Assembly (NCBI GenBank): GCA_002430735.1
Contig: DJCV01000013.1
Coordinates: forward strand, 33,460 to 97,459
DNA length: 64,000 bases
Direction: 5' to 3'
Source of the DNA: Candidatus Woesebacteria bacterium UBA5941
GTDB lineage: Bacteria > Patescibacteriota > Microgenomatia > UBA8517
Position numbers and translations under genes: made by a program. The notes under the pieces are model-generated. The model was not told where the DNA came from. It worked only from the letters and a program-made list of their open reading frames with translations, and did not search any database. Positions 49,678 to 59,739 of the stretch are shown here, piece by piece. Numbering within the stretch: the stretch's first letter is position 1; every line of letters starts with the position of its first letter.

Positions 49678-50310
49678 TTAAACCTTGGTTACTTGAAGGA
49701 AGTCGAGTTCGACTGGAGTTTCTCGACCGAAAATAGATACTAACACTTTTACTTTTCCTCGAGCTTCATCAACTTCATGAACAGTACCCAAAAAGTCAGT
49801 AAATGGTCCATCAGAAATTTTAACAGCTTCTCCAACACTGAGCTTTGTCTTAAACCGTGGAGCAGGGGAACTCGTAAACTTCATGATGTTGTTTACTTCA
49901 ACTTCAGAAAGAGGAGTTGGTTGGTCTCCAATACCAACGAAACCAGTGATTCCTGGGGTTGTTCGGACTGCGAGCCATGTGTTGTCATCCAAAATCATCT
50001 TAACGAGGATATATCCTGGGAAAATTTTCTCTTTAACGGTAGCTTTTTTACCGCCACGAACAACTACTTTATCTTGAGTAGGAACGAGAATTTCAAATAC
50101 GCGATCAACCATACCCATAGATTCAATACGTTGCTTTAATGTTTGAGAAACACGAACTTCGTGTCCTGAATTACTGTGGACTACATACCACTTTGCATCC
50201 TTGGAGTCATCTGAGTTCACGATAATGTGACCAGCAATCTTCTTTTTGCCGATACCACGCTCATCAATGATTGCGTCAGTTGTTGTTGGTGTTGTTTGTG
50301 AATCGCTCAT
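49678..50310 (-). CDS. nusG: Transcription termination/antitermination factor NusG.
   Basis: 'KWYVVHSNSGHEVRV' (NGN domain) and the C-terminal KOW 'GEAVKISDGPFTDFLGTVHEVD' are present. The ORF track extends to 50436, but the start is more likely MSDSQT, overlapping the secE stop. Confidence 0.85.
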   Translation of the reverse strand: MSDSQTTPTTTDAIIDERGIGKKKIAGHIIVNSDDSKDAKWYVVHSNSGHEVRVSQTLKQRIESMGMVDRVFEILVPTQDKVVVRGGKKATVKEKIFPGYILVKMILDDNTWLAVRTTPGITGFVGIGDQPTPLSEVEVNNIMKFTSSPAPRFKTKLSVGEAVKISDGPFTDFLGTVHEVDEARGKVKVLVSIFGRETPVELDFLQVTKV

Positions 50311-50489
50311 CTTGTAATAAGAATTTCTAATGTTTTGGCGAATAAAATGTCGAGAGAACCGAGGTACACTCCGACAATCGCCGATAGTATTATAACAGTT
50401 GCTGTGAGTTTTACAACATCCTGTCTTTTCGGCCATACTACCTTCAATAATTCAGCACGGACTTCTTTAATGTAGGTAATAGGATTCAT
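50307..50489 (-). CDS. secE: Preprotein translocase subunit SecE.
   Basis: The 60-aa gene has 'IKEVRAELLKVVWPKRQDV' plus one TM helix. It lies immediately upstream of nusG and overlaps it. Confidence 0.7.
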   Translation of the reverse strand: MNPITYIKEVRAELLKVVWPKRQDVVKLTATVIILSAIVGVYLGSLDILFAKTLEILITR

Positions 50490-50502
50490 GCGGTGTATCT
50501 TA

Positions 50503-50808
50503 TCATTTTGGGTCAGTACTACTCAAGTCTAGTTGAAACGCGTGAAGTTTTGAATCCTCATTTATAAAAACCAAATGTGAATCGGCATGGAAAAATTCAA
50601 CCTCTGTGCAAGTAAATCTCACCATACTGTCATGGCCTTCGCTTCCAACATTCACTTCGACAATAATTTTATCTTTTTCACCAATCTCAAATGAGGTGTT
50701 ATTCTCAAAGCCCATCCAGAGATATCGTTTTTCAGGAATAAGTGTAATTAAATTTGAAAGTGATTCTAGTTCTACGTTGCGGTGGTTCGGTATCAGACGC
50801 TCAGGCAT
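50503..50808 (-). CDS. Hypothetical protein.
   Basis: The 101-aa ORF ends 14 nt upstream of secE. Confidence 0.35.
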   Translation of the reverse strand: MPERLIPNHRNVELESLSNLITLIPEKRYLWMGFENNTSFEIGEKDKIIVEVNVGSEGHDSMVRFTCTEVEFFHADSHLVFINEDSKLHAFQLDLSSTDPK

Positions 50809-50837
50809 TGCTCATTTTAACATGATAAAATTTTGGC

Positions 50838-51848
50838 ATGGATTCAAATACCGAATATTCATTAAAAGGGAGGACTGAAACGCTGGAGGCTGAAACAACC
50901 CAGCAACTTGAACTTACAAAAATTTCTCCAGAGGCCCAAGAGAAGCTCTCTGAATTCGGCCTGTCTGAGCAGTCGGTACAAGAATTGCGTGATATTACTG
51001 CTTCATTTCGATACGATTTAGTTCCCAAACGTGCTGAAGAAATTTTCTCACAGAACGACGTCTTTATTGCAATGGATAATAATGGTGAAAAATGTGCTGT
51101 TATACCTAATTTTTACGATCCAAAAGGATCTCTTGAAGGTAATTGCGATCAGCTTGGGTTCCAGTTTATTACGAATATGCGAATGCAATCGTGGCTTGAA
51201 GATTGCAATGATGAAATTGCACAAAACGGGGGAAAACCAGTAGAAGCAGTACTTTGTATTGGTAAATCTGACGAGTTTTTTGTAAAGGAAGGCCAGAATC
51301 ACGTATGGGTTGCGTTACGCCAGCAAGGGAGCAGGATAAAGGAAGATATGGTAGACATTGATCCGGCACTCCAAAAAATTGGTACTCCGGTAGAGGACAA
51401 TTATGAGCACAAACGTGTATTTAAGGATACCGGTGAATTCGCGCTGTCTTTAACGGAAAAAGTGCGAATTGGTGCACTGACTGCTTCTGAAGACGGGGGA
51501 ATGAATTATGAGGCCACTGATTCAATTGTGTTAGGAGTTTCTCCCGATAGAACAGTTGCATATGCATTAGGCTATGTTGAGAATGGCGATGGTGGTGAAA
51601 TCCTGCCAATCGTGAAAGTATTGGACACCGCAGGTGAAATAGTAACAACACATTTGGTGGAGCCCCAAACAGGAAATATTTTTGACGGGGGGAATATCGA
51701 CAGTCTGAGTGAATCTTCCAGAAGTGATATCGATAATTTGCTTGGCGCGCTGGCAAAAACTCAATTTAACAGTGATATCGGTCAATTCCCGTATGCAATT
51801 GACCAATCCACTCTCGAAGACGAAGGATACTTTATAAATGTTAAATGA
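50838..51848 (+). CDS. Hypothetical protein.
   Basis: The 336-aa ORF has no recognised motif. Confidence 0.5.
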   Translation: MDSNTEYSLKGRTETLEAETTQQLELTKISPEAQEKLSEFGLSEQSVQELRDITASFRYDLVPKRAEEIFSQNDVFIAMDNNGEKCAVIPNFYDPKGSLEGNCDQLGFQFITNMRMQSWLEDCNDEIAQNGGKPVEAVLCIGKSDEFFVKEGQNHVWVALRQQGSRIKEDMVDIDPALQKIGTPVEDNYEHKRVFKDTGEFALSLTEKVRIGALTASEDGGMNYEATDSIVLGVSPDRTVAYALGYVENGDGGEILPIVKVLDTAGEIVTTHLVEPQTGNIFDGGNIDSLSESSRSDIDNLLGALAKTQFNSDIGQFPYAIDQSTLEDEGYFINVK

Positions 51849-52447
51849 TAGTCGGTCTTGACGAAGTTGGTCGAGGAGCATGGGCTGGTCCAGTAGTGGC
51901 TGGGGCAGTTTGCTTTGATACTCCCTACAAAATAAAGGACCGTAGGTTGCCCGTTTTTATTGATGACTCAAAACGCTTAAGTGAGCAACAACGCATAGAA
52001 TCAGCACAGTGGATATATGAAAACGCTTTATTTTGGGGAATTGGAAAGGGGACTGTCTCGACTATAAATAGGAGGGGCATTGTTCCTGCCGCCAATTATG
52101 CATTTAGACGAGCTTTTAAACCCATTCGCACAAGCGTGCCAAATCCTATCACTTCTGTTCTTCTCGATGCGTTTTATATTCCTCGGTTAGGTGTACACAA
52201 GAAATACCAGACACCTGTTATAAAAGGTGATCAAAAAGAGTTTGCAATTGCTGCCGCCTCAATTATTGCCAAAGTATGGAGAGATGACTACATGGCGCGC
52301 CTCGGGAATAAGTCATATAAACCATACCTTTGGGAACAGAACAAAGGATACGGAACAAAAGCCCATCAAATGGCCATAAGAACACATGGCATTACAAAAC
52401 ACCATAGAACTTTGTATTTACGGAAACTATTAAATGAAGAACGTTAA
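51845..52447 (+). CDS. rnhB: Ribonuclease HII.
   Basis: It has 'IVGLDEVGRGAWAGPVVAGAV' and 'DDSKRLS'. Confidence 0.85.
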   Translation: MIVGLDEVGRGAWAGPVVAGAVCFDTPYKIKDRRLPVFIDDSKRLSEQQRIESAQWIYENALFWGIGKGTVSTINRRGIVPAANYAFRRAFKPIRTSVPNPITSVLLDAFYIPRLGVHKKYQTPVIKGDQKEFAIAAASIIAKVWRDDYMARLGNKSYKPYLWEQNKGYGTKAHQMAIRTHGITKHHRTLYLRKLLNEER

Positions 52448-52638
52448 GCGTTTCGCTTCTTTTCAAGTTCGATTTGAAAATTCATGCGATATTTTTTCTC
52501 TTTTCGTTTTTCAGCTTCCTTTTTAAACCGCTCACGATCACGATATTCGAGCAAAAGTCCTGAGGACAGAACCTTTTTTCTAAATCGAGCAATGAGCTTG
52601 TCGTCGCTTTCGCCTTTTTGTTTTTTTACTACTACCAT
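52444..52638 (-). CDS. rpsU: 30S ribosomal protein S21.
   Basis: The 64-aa basic protein has 'LIARFRKKVLSSGLLLEYRDRERFKK'. Confidence 0.7.
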   Translation of the reverse strand: MVVVKKQKGESDDKLIARFRKKVLSSGLLLEYRDRERFKKEAEKRKEKKYRMNFQIELEKKRNA

Positions 52639-52745
52639 AATAAAAGTCGCCTCCTTTCACACGAATTCTTGGAGCAAGCAGTCAAGAAATAAACCTAGAA
52701 GTCGTGAAGATCTACGGCAAATATATCAGAATCTTCAAAAGATTG

Positions 52746-54005
52746 CTAGAACCCATAACTTTCAAGACTCTCATTTTGCACACGAACGCGAGGGAGTGTG
52801 AGTGCCTGTTTTTTGCATAGTACTCGTCCTTGTTGGGTCGTAAATGCAATCGTGTAGTCTCGTTTTTTCAGCTCAGTCTCTGAATACTTGCCAACGGTAC
52901 CGTAGGGGTACGCAAAAATTTTTGGATTCCCGAGATTTCGTTCGCGAAGCTCGCGATCAGCCGTTTCAATTTCCATTGTTACTTCAGTGTTACTCGCAAA
53001 CATACTTTTGTGGCTCCAGGTATGGTTGGCAAAGAGCATTGTCCCAGAGTCATTCATTTCCGCAATCTGCTCCCAAGTGAGGTACCCGTCATTTCCAATA
53101 AGTCCTGTTGGGGTAAAGACTGTTCCTTTCATTCCAAAAGCTCGCAAAAGTGGATATGCGTTCTCGTATATGTCTTGATACGCATCGTCAAAGGTTATGA
53201 GTACAGATTTCGCTGGAATTGGCGTACCGTTATCAAAAAATGCTTTTAAGTCTTTCATCTCAATTGTTTTATATTGATTGTCAGCAAGGTATGCTAAATG
53301 CCTCGTAAACGCTTCAGGGCTTACCGATAGTCCTAATCTGTTATTCTTCTTGGCAATCGAAAGATCTTCAACATGGTGATAGACGAGCGTAGGAAGGGTG
53401 ACACACGGTCCATACTTTTCATCCATCTGCGTAAAGCTCAAAGGTTTAGGAGTTGGGCTTGTTGTCGGGGTTTGGAGATATTTTGAAATATCAATGACTG
53501 ACGATTGAGCCGTAGGCGTTGGGGTGCTCTCTACAAATGGAGCATAAATTTTTTCATATGCTGGCTTTAAAAATCGCGCTGGGGTGAGTGTTGTGAGAAA
53601 CCCTGTCGCGAAACCAAGTATCCCATCAATTGCAAAAATAATGACAATTGGAAGAATGTAATTATTTGGGAAATGTTTCTTCACCTTTACTTTTTGTTCT
53701 AATTTATGACCAGCATAAATTTGAGCAAGCGCAAACAAGATGACAAACCCCACAGCACTCGGATGCACATATGATGGAATGTGGATGCTTAACGCCTCAT
53801 ATATTGCGTTTAATCGCGGAATTGCGATTACCGATTGTGTTATAAAAATAACGCCAAAAATAATGCCGTTAATCCATAGGAGTTTAGGGAACCAGGTATG
53901 GTATTTTTTATCTCTCCACATTAAAAACCACGCAAGTGGCGCAAATGCCCACAATAAGAACACAATGAATGTGTGTTTAGTCGATGGTTTGAGTTGTACC
54001 TTCAC
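52746..54005 (-). CDS. Polysaccharide deacetylase (NodB homology domain) with an N-terminal multi-TM region.
   Basis: It has 'VLITFDDAYQDIYENAYPLLRAFGMKGTVF' and 'HTWSH' motifs. Confidence 0.75.
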   Translation of the reverse strand: MKVQLKPSTKHTFIVFLLWAFAPLAWFLMWRDKKYHTWFPKLLWINGIIFGVIFITQSVIAIPRLNAIYEALSIHIPSYVHPSAVGFVILFALAQIYAGHKLEQKVKVKKHFPNNYILPIVIIFAIDGILGFATGFLTTLTPARFLKPAYEKIYAPFVESTPTPTAQSSVIDISKYLQTPTTSPTPKPLSFTQMDEKYGPCVTLPTLVYHHVEDLSIAKKNNRLGLSVSPEAFTRHLAYLADNQYKTIEMKDLKAFFDNGTPIPAKSVLITFDDAYQDIYENAYPLLRAFGMKGTVFTPTGLIGNDGYLTWEQIAEMNDSGTMLFANHTWSHKSMFASNTEVTMEIETADRELRERNLGNPKIFAYPYGTVGKYSETELKKRDYTIAFTTQQGRVLCKKQALTLPRVRVQNESLESYGF

Positions 54006-54028
54006 GAAATTCAGTATATCGCATTACA

Positions 54029-55720
54029 ATGAGTGGTATGCACCTCTTTTTGCAGATCGGAACTATCTTTGTAATAGCCACAATACTAGCATTTCTCATG
54101 AAAGTATTCAGACAGCCATTTGTCGTTGGATATATTTTGGCGGGTATTGTTGCGGGCCCACATGTTCTAAATGTCATCTACTCAGCTGAAACTGTTGAAC
54201 TGCTTTCAAAGATCGGAATTGTATCTCTCCTTTTCATTGTTGGGGTGAGCTTAAACCCTCATGTTATTCGTGAAGTAGGGAAAGTATCTCTGGTAACTGG
54301 AGTTGGACAGGTAGTGCTAACCAGTATTGGTGGATATTTCCTTGCGCGCTTACTTGGGATAGAGGCGGTGAATTCCGTGTATATCGGGATAGCACTCACC
54401 TTTAGCAGCACCATTATTATTTTAAAGCTACTCGCAGACAAATCAGATTTGAATAAGCTGTACGGGAAAATTGCGATTGGGTTTTTACTCGTGCAAGACA
54501 TAATTGCAACCGTTATTTTGGTCGCAATCGCCACACTTTCACACACGGGGAGTGAGAGTATTGGAACTGTTGCAGTAGTGCTATTCCTCAAAGCCGTTTC
54601 ACTGAGCGCAATTTTATATATTTGTGCACGCTATATTCTGCCCCAACTCTCAAAGTTATTTGCTTCGTCGCAAGAGTTGTTGTTTCTATTCTCAGTTACG
54701 TGGGGAATAAGTGTCGCAGGAGTCTTTTATGTGCTCGGATTTTCGGCTGAGATAGGAGCCTTAGTCGCTGGAGTAACACTGTCAGTTTCGCCTTTTGCAT
54801 ACGAAATAAGTTCTCGAATGAAACCGCTTCGTGATTTTTTTATAGTACTTTTTTTCGTCTTCCTGGGCTCGCAAATTTCATTCGATCATATTATTTCACT
54901 TGCAGTTCCAGCAGTTATTTTTTCTCTCTTTGTCCTGATTGGAAACCCGCTCATTATGTATGTGTTAGTAAACTTATTAGGATATAGGCGAAGAACAGCC
55001 TTTGAAGTATCTTTGACTGTTGCACAAATTAGTGAATTTTCCTTAATTGTTGTGACTTTGGGATTTCAATTGGGGCAAGTCACACAAGAGACATTGTCTT
55101 TGGTGACTTTGGTTGGGTTAATCACTATTTCAGCATCTTCTTACTTAATTCTGAATTCCGACCGGATATACCCACGAGTAATGCATTTATTGCGCTTTCT
55201 AGAATTGCGAAAAACGGGGGTAATTGCTCGTTCGGAACAAACTTCACCTGAAAAATCAGTAGAAATGTTGCTGTTTGGGTATGATCGTGTGGGAGAACAT
55301 TTTGTATCAGCATTCGAACATATAGGAAAAGAGTATATGGTTGTGGATTTTAACCCTAAATCAATTGAGCGAATGAAACGAAAGGAAATTAGACACCGTT
55401 TCGGAGACGCCGAAGATATTGAATTTCTGGATGAACTACCATTAAGCAAAGTGAAGTTAATTGTTTCAACTATTCCTGAGTTTCAAGTCAATCGAGTGTT
55501 GACTGAATATTTTCACAAAAGACATCCTGAAGCTATTATTATGGTGATATCGCACAATATTGAAGATACAAAAGAGCTGTATCACGCGGGAGCAAGTTAT
55601 GTGATTGTGCCTCACTACTTAGGGGCATCCTTCGCAGCTGGCTTGATAAAAAAACATGGTATACGATTAAGCAAATTTATTGCCGAGCGTGAAAAACAGT
55701 CTCAAATCTTGTATACTTGA
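54029..55720 (+). CDS. CPA2-family monovalent cation:proton antiporter with a C-terminal RCK/TrkA-N domain.
   Basis: It has about 12 TM helices starting 'QIGTIFVIATILAFLMKVFRQPFVVGYILAGIV'. The C-terminal 'LLFGYDRVGEHF' is a Rossmann RCK domain. Confidence 0.8.
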   Translation: MSGMHLFLQIGTIFVIATILAFLMKVFRQPFVVGYILAGIVAGPHVLNVIYSAETVELLSKIGIVSLLFIVGVSLNPHVIREVGKVSLVTGVGQVVLTSIGGYFLARLLGIEAVNSVYIGIALTFSSTIIILKLLADKSDLNKLYGKIAIGFLLVQDIIATVILVAIATLSHTGSESIGTVAVVLFLKAVSLSAILYICARYILPQLSKLFASSQELLFLFSVTWGISVAGVFYVLGFSAEIGALVAGVTLSVSPFAYEISSRMKPLRDFFIVLFFVFLGSQISFDHIISLAVPAVIFSLFVLIGNPLIMYVLVNLLGYRRRTAFEVSLTVAQISEFSLIVVTLGFQLGQVTQETLSLVTLVGLITISASSYLILNSDRIYPRVMHLLRFLELRKTGVIARSEQTSPEKSVEMLLFGYDRVGEHFVSAFEHIGKEYMVVDFNPKSIERMKRKEIRHRFGDAEDIEFLDELPLSKVKLIVSTIPEFQVNRVLTEYFHKRHPEAIIMVISHNIEDTKELYHAGASYVIVPHYLGASFAAGLIKKHGIRLSKFIAEREKQSQILYT

Positions 55721-55738
55721 TTCTGTTCAGCAACAAAT

Positions 55739-56059
55739 ATGCTAAAAAAAGAACTACAAGGATTTATCGATTTCATTCAAGAAAAAGGGATTATTAGTCT
55801 TGCGATCGGTTTTATTATCGGTGGCGCTGTCACAAAGGTAGTAACTGCACTTGTTCAGGACATTTTAAATCCATTAATAGGACTTCTTTTAGGTGCTGCT
55901 GGTAACTTAAGCGAACAATATATGATGGTAGGGAAAGCGAAAGTTCACTGGGGAAATTTTGTAGGAACCACGATCGACTTCTTAATTATTGCGGCAGTTG
56001 TATATTACGGCGTCAAACTCTTAGGCATCGAAACACCTTCTAAATCTAAAAAGAAATAA
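55739..56059 (+). CDS. mscL: Large-conductance mechanosensitive channel.
   Basis: 'FIDFIQEKGIISLAIGFIIGGAVTKVVTALVQDILNPLIG' matches MscL TM1. Confidence 0.8.
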   Translation: MLKKELQGFIDFIQEKGIISLAIGFIIGGAVTKVVTALVQDILNPLIGLLLGAAGNLSEQYMMVGKAKVHWGNFVGTTIDFLIIAAVVYYGVKLLGIETPSKSKKK

Positions 56060-56086
56060 GCTATACAAAGCTGGTATTATGAAACC

Positions 56087-56455
56087 ATGAATCTTCTTTT
56101 GATTGCGCACATCGGTGGAGCAATTGCCATTTCATTTGCGATATTCGTGTCTCTCTGGTCATTACCTAAGAGTAAACAGACATTGCATAAGCAGTTATTT
56201 GTATCGCTAGGAATTGGGTCAATGATACAAACAATAACGGGATCATTACTTGCTGTGTCGAGCGAGGGCACAATTGCGAGTTATTGTGCAAAGATGGGGC
56301 TGTATCTTTCTGCAATTTTTGTAACTGAGCTACTCCTTCTGCGAAAACTGCAAGACAGCTCTTCCCTCGAATCTACAAAACGTTTGTTTGTGTATATCAC
56401 CATAAATACCGTTTTAGTATTCGTAACAGTGGTATCCCTTACCTACTACGCATGA
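56087..56455 (+). CDS. Hypothetical membrane protein.
   Basis: The 122-aa ORF has 4 predicted TM helices. Confidence 0.4.
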   Translation: MNLLLIAHIGGAIAISFAIFVSLWSLPKSKQTLHKQLFVSLGIGSMIQTITGSLLAVSSEGTIASYCAKMGLYLSAIFVTELLLLRKLQDSSSLESTKRLFVYITINTVLVFVTVVSLTYYA

Positions 56456-56991
56456 ATCAACCTATTGAAGTAGCTACATTTGCGGGTGGATGTTTCTGGT
56501 GCACTGAGGCTATTTTTGAGCGACTAAAGGGCGTTAAGTCAGTACTTCCAGGATATTCTGGTGGAACGGTTAGTAATCCAACATATGAAGCTGTTTGCAC
56601 CGGCACCACAGGTCATGCTGAAGCAATACAGGTGGTTTTTGATCCAACGCTCATATCGTATGAACGGCTTTTATATGTTTTCTTTAAAACACACGACCCG
56701 ACAACTCTTAATCAGCAAGGTGCTGACCATGGCACTCAATACCGCAGTGCTATTTTTTATCACTCCGAGGAACAAAAAAAACTCGCTGAGAATCTTGTGG
56801 AGAAATTAACAAAAGAGAAGATTTATACAAATAGGATCGTGACTGAAATTGTTCCATTTGAGAAGTTTTTTGAAGCAGAGGATTATCACAAGCATTTTTA
56901 TGAACGAAATAAAAACAATGGATATTGCCAACTTGTCATTAACCCGAAGCTTCAGAAGCTAGCGCACGAGTTTATTGATGAACTAAAGTAA
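56452..56991 (+). CDS. msrA: Peptide methionine sulfoxide reductase MsrA.
   Basis: The active-site motif is 'ATFAGGCFWCTEA', followed by 'GHAEAIQVVFDP'. Confidence 0.9.
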   Translation: MNQPIEVATFAGGCFWCTEAIFERLKGVKSVLPGYSGGTVSNPTYEAVCTGTTGHAEAIQVVFDPTLISYERLLYVFFKTHDPTTLNQQGADHGTQYRSAIFYHSEEQKKLAENLVEKLTKEKIYTNRIVTEIVPFEKFFEAEDYHKHFYERNKNNGYCQLVINPKLQKLAHEFIDELK

Positions 56992-56996
56992 TCTGC

Positions 56997-57500
56997 ATGA
57001 GAACGATTCGAGTTACCGACAAAATGCAAGTTGGTTATGAGTACAATTGCACTGAGCCAATTGGTAAGAATTTCGATCCGTTGTTTAAACCTCAATTGAC
57101 TCCTAAAGAAATGCTTTCCCTGGGAGTTTTCGGCGGAAAGTATATGACTGATTGCAGAGATGAATTTCCTCAGGATTGGTTTACTAATGCAAAGCTCTCT
57201 CCTGAAAAAAAAGACAAAAACATTAATTACTTTAAAGTACATGCGAGCCAACCACTTTCTGTGTGGAGGAAAAAGGGCTGGATTTATCCTGATGATCCTC
57301 GCGGATGGTTTCAGTGGTATTGTCGATATTACATGGGAAGACGAATCCCGACTGAAGATACCAGACAAATTGCACGGTGGATTGCTATGAAGCGTCATAT
57401 CATGCAGCTCACGAATCATTGTAAAAAAGGTGATGTGACATGCCAACCACGCAGACGCCAGGCGCTATTACATTGGGCATACGATTCGCGAGTCATGTAA
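56997..57500 (+). CDS. Hypothetical protein, Trp/Tyr-rich ('WFQWYCRYYMGRR').
   Basis: The 167-aa ORF is coupled downstream of msrA. No confident family assignment was made. Confidence 0.45.
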   Translation: MRTIRVTDKMQVGYEYNCTEPIGKNFDPLFKPQLTPKEMLSLGVFGGKYMTDCRDEFPQDWFTNAKLSPEKKDKNINYFKVHASQPLSVWRKKGWIYPDDPRGWFQWYCRYYMGRRIPTEDTRQIARWIAMKRHIMQLTNHCKKGDVTCQPRRRQALLHWAYDSRVM

Positions 57501-57555
57501 TCGACAAATCTGGACTTGCGTTGAGAGTTTTCACTTGGTTTACTGAGTACTACTC

Positions 57556-58944
57556 ATGAAACAGAATTTGTCTCCTTGGATCGACCAATTAAATCGCACT
57601 CGCGATGTTCATTTGCTTTCTGATAACCGCGAAACTGATGTCGCAATTATCGGCGCTGGAATTGCAGGCATTAGTACTGCGTACTTCGCACTGACCACAA
57701 CGCCCTATAAAGTATTTTTGATTGAAGGGGATAAGGTTGCCCATGGTGCAACGGGGCACAATGCAGGTCAAATTGTGAGTTACTTCGAACGTCAAATATC
57801 GGATCTTGTAAAAGAATTTGGAATAACTCAGACAAGTGAAGCACAAGCTGCGGTCGATTCCGCATGGGATTTACTTGAGGAGATATATAAAAAGGTAAAG
57901 TTGCGGACTCCATTTGCACAGTTTACGGGATATGCAGGCTGTCAGGATTTAGCTGAAGTGATTGTGCACCTTGAAAACAACATGTATGCCCGCGAAACAC
58001 ATATCAATATGGAGCCTTTGATGGTTGCAGAAGAGTCGGGAATCACAGAACAAATCCCAAAAACATACGATGGTCTGTATTCAATAGTTCCACAAAAAGA
58101 TATCCTATCCCTCCTTGAAACCGAAGACCCTCGCTATATCGCAGCGCTTTCATCTCGAAAGGGTGTGATGAATAGCGCTTTGTTTTGCGAAGAATTACTT
58201 GATTACTTATTTCGAGAGTATGCTGATCGATTTACGCTTTTTGAAGAAAGTCATGTGAGTGATGTTGTGTTAAGTGATTCTCACGCGAAATTAAAAATTC
58301 GAGACAAGGAGATTACTGCGAAGAAAGTTGTTTTATGTACAAATGGATTTGAGAAATTCACAATTACCAATACAAATGGTGCTGACATTAATACGCAGTT
58401 TCACCATTTAGTGAATGGGTCAGTAGGGTATATGGCGGCGTACCTTGAGGACCATACAAAGTCTCCTACTGCCGTGAGCTACTTGCCAGCTGCACAAAAA
58501 ACAGGAGACCCTGTTATGGATGCGATTCCATACTTTTATTTGACCCGCAGAACGTTTGAGTCAGAAGCGAATCAACTTCACAGCTTAATTTGTGTGGGTG
58601 GTCCCGAAGTTCGGATGGATGACACTGATAACTACACCCACGAGCACCCATATCCTGAAGAGGCTCAATCAGTCATTGATCAGTTTCTCCATAAAACATA
58701 TAAACATGCACCAACAGGGGAGATTACCTACAAGTATAAATGGCATGGACTCATGGGATATACGCCAAATGGGGTTCGCTGTATTGGTCCAGAACCCATT
58801 AATCCGGTGCTTTTGTATAACTTGGGATGTAATGGGATTGGGATCTTACCGTCAATTTATGGCGGGAAGAAGATTTCGCAATTCTTAAACAATGAACAGC
58901 TCGCACCTTCTATTTTTGATCCAAAAGATAGTCGGTTACAGTAA
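57556..58944 (+). CDS. FAD-dependent oxidoreductase (DAO family).
   Basis: It has the 'DVAIIGAGIAGISTAY' dinucleotide-binding motif and is 462 aa long. Confidence 0.75.
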   Translation: MKQNLSPWIDQLNRTRDVHLLSDNRETDVAIIGAGIAGISTAYFALTTTPYKVFLIEGDKVAHGATGHNAGQIVSYFERQISDLVKEFGITQTSEAQAAVDSAWDLLEEIYKKVKLRTPFAQFTGYAGCQDLAEVIVHLENNMYARETHINMEPLMVAEESGITEQIPKTYDGLYSIVPQKDILSLLETEDPRYIAALSSRKGVMNSALFCEELLDYLFREYADRFTLFEESHVSDVVLSDSHAKLKIRDKEITAKKVVLCTNGFEKFTITNTNGADINTQFHHLVNGSVGYMAAYLEDHTKSPTAVSYLPAAQKTGDPVMDAIPYFYLTRRTFESEANQLHSLICVGGPEVRMDDTDNYTHEHPYPEEAQSVIDQFLHKTYKHAPTGEITYKYKWHGLMGYTPNGVRCIGPEPINPVLLYNLGCNGIGILPSIYGGKKISQFLNNEQLAPSIFDPKDSRLQ

Positions 58945-59721
58945 TTCCTTTGAAGTAAGATACTTAATAATCCCGTTTGCAAGCCCTTTTGCAGAAACTT
59001 CTGGTCTATTCACAATAATTTTTCGATCATTTGCATTCGTCAAAAATCCGGTTTCTAAAATAACAGAGGCAGTTTTTGGATGTACTGCATGTTCATATCT
59101 CCACCAGGCGAATGCGTAGTATCCAGTCATGTTGCGACTGATATTGTCATCAAATAGTAGTTTAGTCTCGGCGCCGTATGTTTCAGTTATAAACTCCACA
59201 AGATCAATTGCATTACCACTAAAGTCTCGTCTCGGTGCAGCTATCTTAAATCCAGACGCACTTCTGTCAGTTGAGCCGTCGGCATGAATTGCGACAAAAA
59301 CGTCCGCCCAATATCGCGGGGGAACCGTGGACGGCAAAATATCAACGATGATGTTTTTCTCAGCCAGGATGTTTTTCGTTTCTTCTGCGATTGCATAATT
59401 AACTTCCCATTCAGATTTGCCTGCAGCACTTGCTCCGGTATTTCCTCGCAATCGTTCGAGTTCTTCAGGTAGCTCATTGTTCTTCCAGTGTCCTACTTGC
59501 AATCCCACACGAGCGGGGCCTTCAGGTCGGGTCCAAGTATTCAGCCATTCAAAGGGATCAGGGTCAGGAGGTGTTAAGTCTTCAATGACATATGGAGGAG
59601 CACCAGTATCAGTTGGGGCGAAATAATTTTTACCAACTAAAAAACCTCCAACAAACAGCGGAAGTATGAGGAGAAAAAATATGATTTTTTTGAACACAGG
59701 AATTAGCAGTGTACTATCCAT
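58936..59721 (-). CDS. N-acetylmuramoyl-L-alanine amidase (Amidase_3-like), membrane-anchored.
   Basis: It has 'DVFVAIHADGS' and 'FLTNANDRKII' motifs and an N-terminal TM helix. Confidence 0.6.
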   Translation of the reverse strand: MDSTLLIPVFKKIIFFLLILPLFVGGFLVGKNYFAPTDTGAPPYVIEDLTPPDPDPFEWLNTWTRPEGPARVGLQVGHWKNNELPEELERLRGNTGASAAGKSEWEVNYAIAEETKNILAEKNIIVDILPSTVPPRYWADVFVAIHADGSTDRSASGFKIAAPRRDFSGNAIDLVEFITETYGAETKLLFDDNISRNMTGYYAFAWWRYEHAVHPKTASVILETGFLTNANDRKIIVNRPEVSAKGLANGIIKYLTSKELL

Positions 59722-59739
59722 TCCTTAGAAAGTGCTGAG

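Noticed and set aside
49678-50436. An N-terminal extension of 42 aa on NusG in the ORF track ('MAEKTGCCKTHSNCY...').
   Set aside because: The extension is Cys/Asn-rich, has no homology, and runs through the secE coding region. The start was moved to MSDSQT, which gives the canonical secE-nusG overlap.
50809-50837. A divergent start-to-start gap of only 29 bp between ORF 50503-50808 (minus) and ORF 50838-51848 (+).
   Set aside because: The gap is too short for two promoters. One of the two starts is probably mis-called or uses a downstream Met. Both ORFs are kept as hypotheticals.
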